This document shows positions 28,656-43,137 of a stretch of 64,000 bases of DNA, piece by piece. The notes beneath the pieces were generated by a model. The model had not been told where the DNA came from, did not search any database, and saw only the letters and a program-made list of their open reading frames with translations. Where the stretch lies: the NCBI RefSeq assembly GCF_009914755.1, contig NC_060930.1; one strand, written 5' to 3'. This DNA is from the human T2T-CHM13v2.0 reference genome, Homo sapiens. The stretch's first letter is position 1. Every line of letters begins with the position of its first letter. The position numbers and the translations under genes are program-made.

Positions 28656-29165
28656 GTTTCTGTTGAAACCTCAGTTCCTGGCTGAAGAGACACTTGCGGC
28701 GAGCTTGTCTGTATCATTAGTCACTTCTGGGGTCCAGGGGTGAGACTGGGAGTGGAGGAAGCAATGCAAATGGGTGGAATGCCTTGATCTAACCTACACA
28801 GCACATCCTGTGTTTGTCTTTTCAAATTGCTTTCTGTTTTGCTTTTACTTCCTTGCTCTATTTCTTTCAATAAACCACACTCACTGCCATTACCTCTAGC
28901 CTGTTGTCCTCCTCTTAGGATCAAAGTCCAAGCTACATATTATCTCATTTACTCTCAAAATATCCCTGCAAGTGAGGAAGGAGCCAGGCCTTTGTTCCCC
29001 AAGGCAAATCAGGGACGTGCAGGTCCAGAAAGGTTCAGTCTGCCATGGGACTCATAATATTCAAGTCAGTGTGTTTACAGCAATTTTCAATTTACAAAGT
29101 GTTTTCACCTATGTTCTCCCATGGAATCCTCACAGCAAATCTACAATGACAGTATTTTCATAACC

Positions 29166-29298
29166 AGAATGACCACACATCCTTATTTGCTCCCAAACTA
29201 TCCTGGGTTATACCTGTGGTTCCAGCCTAATTATTGATATCATTCCCTTTCACTCTCAAAAGTGTCTAGATTTGGACAATAAATTATATGGTCTCCTT
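29166..29298 (-). mobile_element. MER94-like hAT-Blackjack element
   Basis: ccctttcactctcaaaagtgtctagatttggacaataaattatatggtc is the antisense MER94 signature. Confidence 0.7.
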
Positions 29299-32199
29299 AT
29301 TTATAACCATGCTCTTGTTTTAAGAGGGCCAGTGAGGCTCCTGAAAGTTAAATAATTTGTTCAGGATCATTTAGCTAATTAGAGGCAGAGGCAAGACTTG
29401 AACTCAGGTACTGCATCTCCAAATCCCTGCGCCATCCACAGGTATTATGGGACATTAGAATCAGAGTTGACATGATCTAACATTTCTTATTGTAGAAACT
29501 AAAAATGTGGGGAAATAATCTCTTAAAAGTCACTGTCAGAATGTTCCCCGAAAGGGAAAGACTCGGAGTACATAGCAGAAATGGGTTAGTCTCCTTGGAA
29601 GCATTCTATGAACACATTAGAATGGATTAATAACATAAATAAATGTCACCATGATGGCACTTGAAAGCCTAACTTGGCAAAATAAGGTATCAGGCCTGAC
29701 ATATAGGTATTTGGAAAAGAGCAAGAAATTCAAAGTCTAAACTGCTAGATTTGAGGACTGGATCTGAATGCTATCTGCCATCTACCTTTGGGCATTTTAC
29801 CTACTTTCTGTGAGCACATGTATTGTTCAACAGAACAGGAGGAATTATCATTCTTAGTTCCCTGGGCTGTTACAAGAAGAGCAAACTGCAGCTCATCAAG
29901 TGCTCTGACAGCGAGTCTCATAAGGTACCTGTGAATCCAGTTTATTTGTTTTCTTTATCTTTCACATAAGTGAATCAAGCCTTATAAAGTTGCTGATGAT
30001 CAAATGAGATAAGGTATTTGAACATACTTATTATGTCCTAATATGCTGCAATCTTTCCTTCTTCTTATCATTATCATTATCAGCAGTAGTAGTAACAGAT
30101 AATGACTATCAATTGACGTGGGAGACAATTACAATTACATGTCATTGTGAAACTCATTAGGTGACTGTGATTTAGAGTGGTACACCCAGTGGAAACAAGA
30201 GGTTGGGAGGTCCTTCCAAGGGGGTGTTGAAAATGACCAAGTCATGACTATAACTGGGTGGGACCCATCCTTCTTGGAAGTCTTCATAGAAACCAACCCA
30301 CCCTGCCCTGCAGAAAGAGCTTCAGTTACCTGACACCATCAACAAGAAGGCCTTTCTTTTTATGGGGAATCATGTACCTCAGAGAAACTCCAAACTTTGG
30401 AAAAGTGTGATTCTGTCAACAAGGATATTGCTTCCCTCAAATGACACAGTTCAAGTAAGGCCTGGGCAGCATCTTTATTTCACAATATTTCTAGCCTTTA
30501 CTTGTCCCATTTACTTGTAAATGAGAACTGCTAACCTGAAGCTCAAAAAGATGGGGTTGAGGGAGGAGTCAAAACAACTTTCATACCTGATGTTTTGATC
30601 TCCCCATCAATCTGGTTTTTGAGCTAGCCATGAAGGCCTGCCTGGCTCTCATTGATTTCCTTTAGGGAAAAAACAAATGACAACACAGTCATTTTAGAAT
30701 TATTTGGGGAACGCTGCAAATTGTGCAGTAAGGTTTTTATATAAATGGAGAGACTCTCCAACACTGCCAACAAGAAAATTCCAAAGGTGCAGGTAGAATC
30801 GGTCTCCACACCTAGGAGTGGGGCAAAGGGCTCCTTTGGTTCTAAAGAACCTATTTGTGTTTCAAATATCTTTCAGAAACTTGACACCTTGAAACTACCA
30901 CTCTCAAGGAATCTGAGTAAGTCCTAGAATCGCTTTCTTCAAGGAGAGCAGCAAGACTCATCGCTTTGTTAAAGCTCTCCCTATTCACCCCTAGGGCCCA
31001 GGCCTGGATGCTGGGGTTCAGAACACCCCCTTGCTGCCCTAAGGTCCAACACTACCCAGCATCAGACGAGAAATGACCTCCTTTATTACCTGGGTCTGCC
31101 AAAGGACCTGGAAATCCTGCCTGGGGTGGGGGTGGGGGGAGTCCCAGAAACCAAAGGAGCACACAGGGGCCACAGTGGGAAGAGAACAGGCTGAAGAAAG
31201 CAAGTGTCACTAAATGTCAGGTGTAAGCTTGAAAAATAAACACAAAGAATGTAAAACCCAGCAGAAGAAATTTAACAAACCTTTGTGGTAGGCTGGGACA
31301 ACGGAGACAGATCACGTACCAAGTGTAAAGTAAGTCACATTTTAAGAGTCAGAAAGTACCAAAGACCACAGATTGTTATCAAGGTTTATGTAGATCTCAT
31401 ACTTTTTGCAAACATCTATTTGATTAGCTTGTAGAGAAGGATCTTTTGGGCAAAATAACATTTTCCCAATTCCAGGGAATATTTATGCCTTTTAAATTCT
31501 GCCAGGAGGCCCCTGACAGGCACCAGTGACTCTTCCCTTCTCAGCGATCTGCATATTTCTAGGGAAACTTTGCACTGAGAGAGTTTTCCCCCTTTGTGAA
31601 AGGTCTTGGCGCCCAGGCAGTCCCCGACTTCCCCTCCCCCAAGTCCTGGCGACTGTTTCTGCTCAGCCCTGGAGGCTACCCTCCCGCAGCCTCAGGTTTC
31701 CCTACTTCTGCAGCGTCGGCACCAAGGGCTGATCAAATGTTTCTTTCTCCTTACACCGGCGGACCGGGAAACGCCGCCGCAGCCTCGCCTCCATCCTTCC
31801 TCCTACAGGTTGCAAATAAAGTACAGCAGCTCTGACATTAGGCAGTTTCTGTCCAAGGAGCAAGGTGACTTCATTTAATTTGCACTGTGCTCCTTCATCC
31901 CTGTCTGCATCAGGTTGAACGGGAGGCTCTCCCTACTACCAAACGCCTAACATTTCCTTGATACTGCCTTGAAAAATCATGATTATGACAAAAATAATAA
32001 CGTCGGAGAATGGAGTGCTTGTTTTCTGCTTTGCAAGTCACCAAGCAAGAAAACACTTTTGTCTCCTTGGCTTTTATTTTAGGATCTCTGAGCGAAAGAG
32101 AGAAAGAGAATTTTAAGAAATGTCATTTTCGCTTTGCCAAAGATCATTGTGTCAATAACGTTTCTCTCCCATTCCTCCCCCTCCTCCCGTTTTAAAGGA

Positions 32200-33120
32200 A
32201 AGGTTCACGGGTCCAGCCAGGTTTCTGCCGCATCCCGACACCTGGAGACGTCTTTCAGGACCAGCCTGAATCGCGTCCGGGCTGGGCTCTGGACTCGGAC
32301 TCGCAGCGGTGACAGCGGAGGCGGGGGCGGGGGTGGACAAACTGCGGATCAACTCTCCGAGAAGACGGCCACCTGCCGGAACCTGCCTTCCTCCATTCCG
32401 CCCAGGAGCCTCGCAGCGGGGCGCTGGCCTGCGGAAAGGCCACGGGGGAGCACAGGGCTCCGCGCCGCCCTCCTGGGAGGGTCCGGAGTCCAGCGCACCC
32501 CGAGCCCTGGTGGGTGAGCCCGGCGGGAGGCGCGGCAGGTGCGGCGGGAGACTGGACCCCGACCTACCTTCACAAAGAGCTCGATCTCGGGGTCCCTGTC
32601 GTCCCCGTTAGCTGTCGCCGAGTCTGTCATGCCGTTGGCGCCCGGGGCTACCGTCCCGGGCCGGGGAGGCGCCACCTCTGCAGCACCTGGGCCAGCACTC
32701 TGCGCTCCTGCCGCTGCCCAGCGGGGCTCCTCTTCAGGGCGGTGTTTAATTTTTCACAAAACCATCTATTCTCCAGCCCGAGCAGCGGGGTCTGAGAGAT
32801 CAGTGTCCCAGATGCTCACATGAAAAGGAGCGAAGCCGGGAGGAGGCGGGGGGCCACGGGGAAAGCCGGGTTAAGGGAATGACAACAGGTCGTGGGAGCA
32901 ACAAGTGCCGGGCTGCCCGGAGGTGTCACAGGATCCGCGACTGTCAGCGATCCCGCCGCCGCCAACGCGCCCAAAATAGCCGGCGGCTGCAGGGCGGGGT
33001 CAGCCGGGCGGGGACGCGGCGGGGACACCCCGGGAGCTCGGGCCTGGGCCGGGCCACGGCCCCCCGCCCCAAGACCCCGCAGGGCAGGAGGCGGAGACAG
33101 AGCTGGTCCTGGCAAAGCCA
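32200..33120. promoter_or_regulatory. CpG island / CLIC5A promoter, 5' UTR and start of intron 1
   Basis: Sharp rise in GC and CpG density around exon 1A compared with the CpG-depleted flanks; GC boxes; GCGGGGGCG (EGR/WT1-type) at 32321-32329. Confidence 0.9.
32568..32630 (-). CDS. CLIC5: CLIC5 isoform A (CLIC5A) first coding exon, 21 codons; the remaining exons lie outside the window to the left
   Basis: The minus strand reads ATG ACA GAC TCG GCG ACA GCT AAC GGG GAC GAC AGG GAC CCC GAG ATC GAG CTC TTT GTG AAG = MTDSATANGDDRDPEIELFVK, the known CLIC5A N-terminus with the CLIC-family IELFVK motif. It is followed by a phase-0 donor AAG|GTAGGT (32567-32562). Start context is GCCAACGGC-ATG-A. 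Confidence 0.97.
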
Positions 33121-33175
33121 CCAAGGCCAAGAGGATGTCCTGGGGGCGGATAATGAGGCGAAGGCAGAAAGAGTC

Positions 33176-33327
33176 GAGGAGAAGGGGAAGGGGAAGAGGA
33201 AGGGGAAAGGGGAAGGGGAAGAGGAAGGGGAAAGGGGAAGGGGAAGAGGAAGGGGAAAGGGGAAGGGGAAGAGGAAGGGGAAAGGGGAAGAGGAAGGGGA
33301 AAGGGGAAGGGGAAGGAAGAGAGGAGA
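33176..33327. repeat. 152-bp pure purine tract: minisatellite with 25-bp unit GAGGAAGGGGAAAGGGGAAGGGGAA, about 5 copies
   Basis: No pyrimidine between 33176 and 33327; units at 33196, 33221, 33246, 33271 (19-bp variant) and 33290. Confidence 0.95.
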
Positions 33328-33689
33328 TGGCTCTCAAGTCTTCTGTTTCTTTAATAAAGCGTCAGCTCCTCCGAGTTACTCCACTACCAGCCTTACCCAC
33401 TTGGAAAGCCCTTCCTGTCTTAGTGATGCTCAGAACCCCCACCAAAAGGGGCATTTGCCATCCTTGGGCTAAGCAAAAGGAGAGTAGGGTGCTGGGGACG
33501 GGCAGGGCAGGGCAGGGGTGGCTCCTGGGGCAGAGGGGTGAGTCAACCCGGTCAGGTGCGGCTTCCATGCCTTTCAGCCTTCTGGGTTTGTTTATTTTTC
33601 TTCTCCCTTCTTTCATTTTCTTTCTATTTCTTCCTTTATTTTCTGATCTTACTTCATTCCCGTTCTCTTCTGGTTGTTTTAGTGAAGTA

Positions 33690-34240
33690 GGATGCAAACA
33701 CAGAAAAGATGCACATATCTTAGGTGTATGCCTCAATGAATTTTCACAATCCAACCCACCCATGTAACGAGCGCCAGATGAAGAATAAAATGTTAGCCAC
33801 AGCCCTAGAAGCTCCTCCTGCTCTCTCCTCTCCACATCTTTTCTCCCGTCTCCACTGTCCCAGGGTAACCATTATTCTGGCTTGTAGCAGCATAGGATCT
33901 TTTTGCCTGGAATGTTGGTGTCTGGCTTCTTTCGCTCATTACTATGTTTGTGAGATTCATCCATTGTGCTATGTGTAGTTGTGTATCATCCATTTTCACC
34001 GACACACTTACTTATTCATTCTTCTGTCAATGGACATTTGTGCAGGTGACTATCATGACTACTCTGTCACGAACATTCTCTCTATCAAACATCTTTTGGT
34101 TGGATTCACAGACACTTTTCTCTTGGATGTATACTTAGGAGTGGACTTGCTGAGTTGTAGTGTATAAGAATGCTCTCCTTGTGTAAACACTGCCATAGGT
34201 TTTCTAAAGTGGTTGCACCAACAGACATTCCCACCCTTCA
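33690..34240 (-). mobile_element. Old L1ME-type 3' fragment
   Basis: gtgtctggcttctttcgctcattactatgtttgtgagattcatccattgt...aggagtggacttgctgagttgtag. Confidence 0.7.
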
Positions 34241-34419
34241 GTTCTTTAAAAAATAATTATTGAATGTTTTGCACCAGAATCTGGTGGAATTCTCTTTGTC
34301 TTCTTTGCCTTCTCTTTAATTAATCCTGTTTGTGCTATGTCCTTCCTTACTAAAAACATGTATTTGTTTAATAGCTTTATTAAAAAATTTATCGCTTAAT
34401 AAAAAAATAAGTAATAATA

Positions 34420-34625
34420 CTTATTATGTGCTAGGCAAAAATGTTGAGCACTTTACATGTGTGAACTTGTATAATATTTACAAATAGTATAATGATCCCA
34501 ATTTTACAAGTGGGGAAACTGAGACATGAAGTATTTAAGTAACTTATCCCTAGTCATTCAGCTAGGAAATGGTGAAGTCAGGATTTAAACCCAGACAGAC
34601 TTGAGCCTGTCCTCTCAACTGCTCT
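34420..34625 (-). mobile_element. MIR SINE
   Basis: cccaattttacaagtggggaaactgagacatgaag...ggatttaaacccagacag. Confidence 0.75.
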
Positions 34626-35826
34626 ACAAACTGCTTTTCTTAGTGCACACTATGGAAGTGCACACTTTGAGGAAACAAAGGCATGGTTTTAATGGTCTTA
34701 ACAGAGATCAAAATCCCTTTCAGAATAATAGTTACATGAAATGAAAACTAAGGCTGCCACATGAATTGGGAAGATGAAGGAGCTATACAAGCTGTCACGT
34801 AAAGATACTATTTACCATAGTTGGGGTGAGGAGAGGAAAAGGCTTCATGGAGCAAAAGGCACTTTAGCTGAACCTTCCTGAAAGGTCAGGCATCTGATAG
34901 GCAAAGAAAAGGGAAAGATGTCCTCACTACCCTTTATGGCAGGCTGTGTCCCCACAGACTCTCAGTGCAAATTCCTCCTTCCTGAAGAAAGCAGTCACCA
35001 AGCCCAACGTGCAACTCTCTTGGTACATTATAACTTAATCAAGGTGATGTTTAATTGCTTTCCTCCTGCTTGGCTTCAGGCTTACATCACCAAAGCCTTT
35101 AGAGAAACAGTCACCTTCACAGCTGTACATTCTGCACCAATGACTACATACTTTAGGGAAGGACCAAGGTTACAGAGGGAGACTGGTGCCTTCGCTGCAT
35201 GATGCACAGACTCAGAACATCCCTGCACTGAAGTGTAGGCAATATTCTTAATGGCAATGTGGCAGTAGCAAATAAAATTATATGCATAAAATGTCTTCGA
35301 GGGTTTTGGTTTTTTGTTTTTTGTTTTAATGAAAAATGTGTTACACGTATTTTCGATCATTTCCTTGGCTATGATCTAAACAATGTGTGGTATGACTTCT
35401 CTTTCCTTAATCCCAAACCTATCAGAGTTAACTTTCATTTTATCTTCTCCAAATATCTACTGCTATTGTAAATTTGGACAGATCTCTTTCAATAACATTT
35501 TATAGGAAATATCTCCCATTTGGACATCCCTGCAGATAACTTATAGTTTTGATATTATAAAGCTTCATGCTGCAAAAAAAATAATTCTTCTTTGGTCATA
35601 AACTATTTCTGTGCATATTTTCCATTTTCAATTTCATATTATGCCTTAGCTCAAGATAAAAGGACTTTACTTTGTACCCTTTAATGTTAAAGAATAATTG
35701 GTTAGAGTCAATTCTAGCTTTGTCTGGAGAAAAACACTATATGTCTAATTCCAGCCCATAGTTTCACAAATGTGGTGCAAGTTTTGAATAAATTTTTACC
35801 AGGAAAGTACTTTAAAAACACATTTA

Positions 35827-35932
35827 GTGCTCACTTTGGCAGCACATATTCTAAAATGGAAACCATACAGAGAAGATTGGCATGGCTCCAATGAAAGGGT
35901 GACATGCAAATCTGTGTGACATTCATATTTTT
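35827..35932 (+). pseudogene. U6 snRNA retropseudogene, full length and diverged
   Basis: gtgctcactttggcagcacatattctaaaatggaaaccatacagagaagattggcatggc...catattttt aligns end to end with U6 (GTGCTCGCTTCGGCAGCACATATAC...CATATTTTT). CpG decay is evident and the ACAGAGA box is retained. Confidence 0.93.
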
Positions 35933-39015
<3,083 letters not shown>

Positions 39016-40299
39016 TGATCAAAATGCTTAAATAATTTCCAAAAAGGTAAAGCCATCAGGTTCTATTGCCATACCCACTTTCCACACAGTCTTTGCTTCA
39101 AATCTGTAACATCAGACCTCATCTTACCATTAATTTCAGAAATGTAAAAGAGATTTCTATTTTATGAGATGCAGTGCTTCTAATTAGGCTGATCAACAAA
39201 ATAAAACAAACTTTCATTGAAATAACAAAACAAAATAAACATATTTAGACAGTGTGTTTGTGTGTGTGTGTTATGAAATGACATGTACTGTAAAATAATG
39301 ATGATGCTTATGGGGAGATTTTTCAGAAAATGCTTGCCCTACCCACTACCGGAGTGCAATCACATTATTAGTCACAAGTTCCAGCTTTTATGTACCTAGC
39401 AGTACTCAGTTGAGCCCACTCACTATACCCAGAGTAGCAGCTATTTCCATGGGAATTAAACAACTTACATTCTCTGCAGGAGATCTCCCAGACAATCTCA
39501 AGGACTTGAGGTTTAAGCTGGAAGATTTTGATGACAGCTTCAGAAAGACATTATGCCCTTGTGGGAGGACCAACTGGGTGTAGACGAAGGGAGGTGAATC
39601 CTAGAGGGATCACACCTGCATGAGGTCACAGATTGGGCTATGAGGGGGATTGAGGTGAGTTGTTAGTTCTATTTCTTTATAACCTAAGGTGTCCTTGGGC
39701 ATGGCCAACATGATCAATGATCTTGGCTCTCACTGCAGTCTGTCTATTGGTGCTTAGCAAAGGCAGAGGCCTGGGAGTGAGCTGGACTGAAGTCAAGAGT
39801 CCTTGTCAAAAACCATCACTCATCCCACTGATTCACTCATTACTCATTCCTTCAACCAGTGTTTTCGGGGTGTCTACTATGTGCCAGACACCGCTCATAC
39901 TCATTTTAGAAGCCCCTGAGAACATACAGTGTGCATACCACCTTCTGATGATGAGCAGTCTTAGTTCCTGTATTATTCCTTCCGGGATTGAGTTATGGCT
40001 TTTCAACTGGAGTGGAAGCTTCTTATGGACAGGAATCCAATTTTGTGTTTCTTTTGCAAGACCCACAGGATATAATGGTCCCTTGCTACATACTTACAAA
40101 CAGGCTAATATGTCCTGTATAGTGCACATGCTCAATAAATAATTGTTGATGGAATCAATGAATGAATGAATAACCAGCACTTCTATTTGAAGTCTCCTCC
40201 ATCTGGGATTTTGACCTTCCACCAGTGAAATGGACATTACAGTGTGGAGTTTTTATAAAGATTCTAATTTGAACTGAAACATATGAAAGAGTTACATCA

Positions 40300-40500
40300 T
40301 AATAATAATAGTTAACATTTGCTTAGAGCTCACCATGTGTTGGGAACTCTGAAGTCCTTATTAGCTCACTTCATTTCTATAATAACCCTATGAGGTAGTG
40401 TTATTAATCCCATTTCACAAATAAAGAAGCAAAAACTTAAAAAGGGTAAGTAACTTATCCAAGGTCATGTGGATAGTTATAAACAACAGAGCTGGAACTC
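40300..40500 (-). mobile_element. MIR SINE
   Basis: aataaccctatgaggtag...cccatttcacaaata...aagtaacttatccaaggtcatg. Confidence 0.7.
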
Positions 40501-41289
40501 CCTCCATTGCTAAAGCCCAGGATGTGGTTGGAGGAGGTTGGGATGCTACTAGAAATTTAGAAATTGCTTACTGAATTGGTGGGATAAGTAAATGACTAGT
40601 CTTGGATAAGAAATGGCTAGGGTTGGGGATTCTGGAGTTCTCCTTTACTCTGCTTAAACTAAGACACACCCAGAGATGAAATGAAAAAGGAAACATAGGG
40701 TCCAAGAGATGGCACACAAAAATTAAAAAATACTCAGCCCTAGGAAATGGAAGTTATGGGAGCCAACGGGCAGAAGAAAAGTGATCTGAGGTCATCTTCT
40801 GTTGCATCACCGTGCATTTTTGGCAGGATTTACTGCTCTGGTGATTGTCCTCACTTAATGGCCAAGCTCCTACTTTAGCTTTGGCAAGATCACCTTAAAA
40901 ATACAACTATTACACAAATACTTTTTAAAAACCTTGGACGGAGTCCAAGATAAATACATATAACAAAATTCAAAAAAAAAAAAATCCACCCACAACTGTC
41001 ACCTAGTATTACTCTGACCTACACATCTGATTTTCTTTTGGTGAACAGTCCATCTTGCTAATTGACCAGTAATGATCTTTAATAACTCAAAAAAGGGAAT
41101 AGCATTAAAGAGAGCAAGGGTTGGGGGGAAAGCAAGGTTAGGGACATCGGGAATAGGAAGCCAGCAGTTACATTTGTGAGAGTAGAATGTAGAATATTTT
41201 GAGGGAATTGGGCAAACACCCACGATCACACAAATTAAAGTTCTGAAAATACAAATAAACAGTTGTCATAATCTTAGACAACTAGATTC

Positions 41290-41775
41290 CATTTGCCTTG
41301 AGTTACCCAGTTTCCTTGGGGATCTACCTTCCTCCATTCACAGTACCTTAGGTTGAAGTAAAGCCTTAAGGATGGTCAGGTGACTCATGTTGGCCAGTCA
41401 GAACACTGCAATCTCTAGTCACAGTGATTGGTTCAAAATGGGCACATGATCAACTGGGATCCAATGAGATTCAATTCTAGGACTTTTTCTCAGAAATTTG
41501 GAAGACCATTTTTACTTCTGCTGGACTTATAAAGAGACTAGGGTATGTTCCTAGAGCTCTTTGAACTATCCCACCACCACTAAGACAGAACCTGACTGAG
41601 AGTAAAGCCAACAGAGAGAAAACAAGAGCCAAGATACATAGAGAGGAAGCCCAAGTTCTGACTTGGATGTCTCAGCGCCTGAAACTTGATACCACTAGAT
41701 TTTCCTGTCCTAATGGTTAGTAAAATTCTTTTTTGGCTCAGACAATCTTGAATTGAGTTTTCTAATGTTTGAAAC
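41290..41775 (+). mobile_element. Old ERVL LTR (LTR16-like)
   Basis: gtcacagtgattggttcaaaatgggcacatgatcaactgggatccaatgag signature; subfamily uncertain. Confidence 0.55.
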
Positions 41776-42773
41776 TGGACATTTATTTATACTCACATTA
41801 GTTAGAATCTGTATAGAGGGCTGTAGGCAAGAGGTGGTCTATATGATAGAAAAAAGACCTCATGGCTATTAGAAGGTGGACATGAGGCATCAACACAGTG
41901 ATACACTTTAAGAGTGACGCCAATCTTGAGGTGAATAAAAAGTATTAAAGTTCTAAATCCTCATAAAAACACAACAGTCTCCTAAGCTAAGATACAAAAG
42001 TAAAAATATGTTCAGGAATTGACAGAATTCCAGAGAAAGGCTATGTGTGTAGATTTAAGGTGATCATACATGGTACAGAATAAAAGTTAAAAAATAATAA
42101 ATAATGTCTCCATTAATTGATTTTTTTTTCAAAAGAGAATGTCTTATAGTATAATAAAAAGAGCACTAGACTGAGATCCAGAAATTCTGAATTCAGGAAT
42201 TTCTAGTCCTCTAATCTGGTGGTTCAACCTCTCGGAGCCTCAGTTCCTTTACCTGTAAGACAAAGATAACTATACTTTCCCTGAAATTTGTGTAGTTTGA
42301 TTAATATTATTTATAAATATGTATAATGCACCCAACACAGTGACTGACCCATAAACAAAGAACAAAAGAGTTATTTTTCCCCAAATGTGTATAAGGGAGG
42401 CACTGAGCAAAGAATTTCAGAGGCAACATCTCACTTAATCCCTCACTGCAAACTTCAGTATGCGGGAACTACTATTGTTACCTCATTTTGCAGATGAAGA
42501 AGCTGATATATACAAATTAGTGAGTGAGCTAGAAAGCGCTAGAGCTGGGGATTTGAATCCCAGGTTGTTAGAGTCCCAAGTATCTGCTTATAATGACCTC
42601 AATAAATAAGCACTAGCTAGTATGACTTTATTACTAATGTGTTTAAGTGAATAGTAAACCAAAGAAATAAAAATAGTAAAGGCCCAGCCTGGAAATGAAG
42701 GCTGAAGATCAGCTGCTGAATCATTCAAAAAAGGAAATGCTCCCAGGTAAAGAATGGAATGCTGGATGGCCTT

Positions 42774-43137
42774 TAACATGGTTTGGCTCTGTGTCCCCAC
42801 CCAAATCTCATGTCGAATTGTAATCACCACGTGTCAGGGGAGAGACCTGGTGGGAGGTGACTGGATCATGAGGACGAATTTCCCCCTTGCTGTTCTCATG
42901 ATAGTGAGTTCCCATGAGATCTGATGGTTTAAAAGTCTGTGGCACTTCCCCCTTTGTTCTCTCTCTCTCCTCCCGCCAAGTAAGACATGCCTTGCTTTCC
43001 CTCTGCTTTCTGCCATGATTGTGAGTTTCCTGAGGCCTCCCAGCCATGTGGAATGGTGAGTCAATTAAACCTCTTTTCTTTATAAATTACCCAGTCTCAG
43101 GTATCTCTTTATAGCAGTATGAGAACGGACTGATATA
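42774..43137 (+). mobile_element. MSTA-type MaLR solo LTR
   Basis: atggtttggctctgtgtccccacccaaatctcatgtcgaattgtaatc...gagaacggactgatata; TSD GCCTT at 42769-42773 and 43138-43142. Confidence 0.92.

Noticed and set aside
32349-32567. Continuation of the CLIC5A ORF past FVK (VGRGPVSRR...)
   Set aside because: Read-through into intron 1 beyond a strong GTAGGT donor; not CLIC sequence.
32892-33767. 291-aa plus-strand ORF, and the overlapping 197-aa and 173-aa ORFs
   Set aside because: Non-ATG start for the 291-aa frame. Stop-free length is explained by the GC-rich island, the purine minisatellite (GRGKG repeats) and a pyrimidine tract. No recognisable domain.
35827-35932. Functional U6 snRNA gene
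   Set aside because: Many substitutions in stem regions, no recognisable upstream PSE/TATA arrangement, and direct fusion to L1 indicate a retrocopy.
42180-42204. ~25-bp near-palindrome agaaattctgaattcaggaatttct
   Set aside because: Short, AT-rich and inside a MIR remnant; no support for function.
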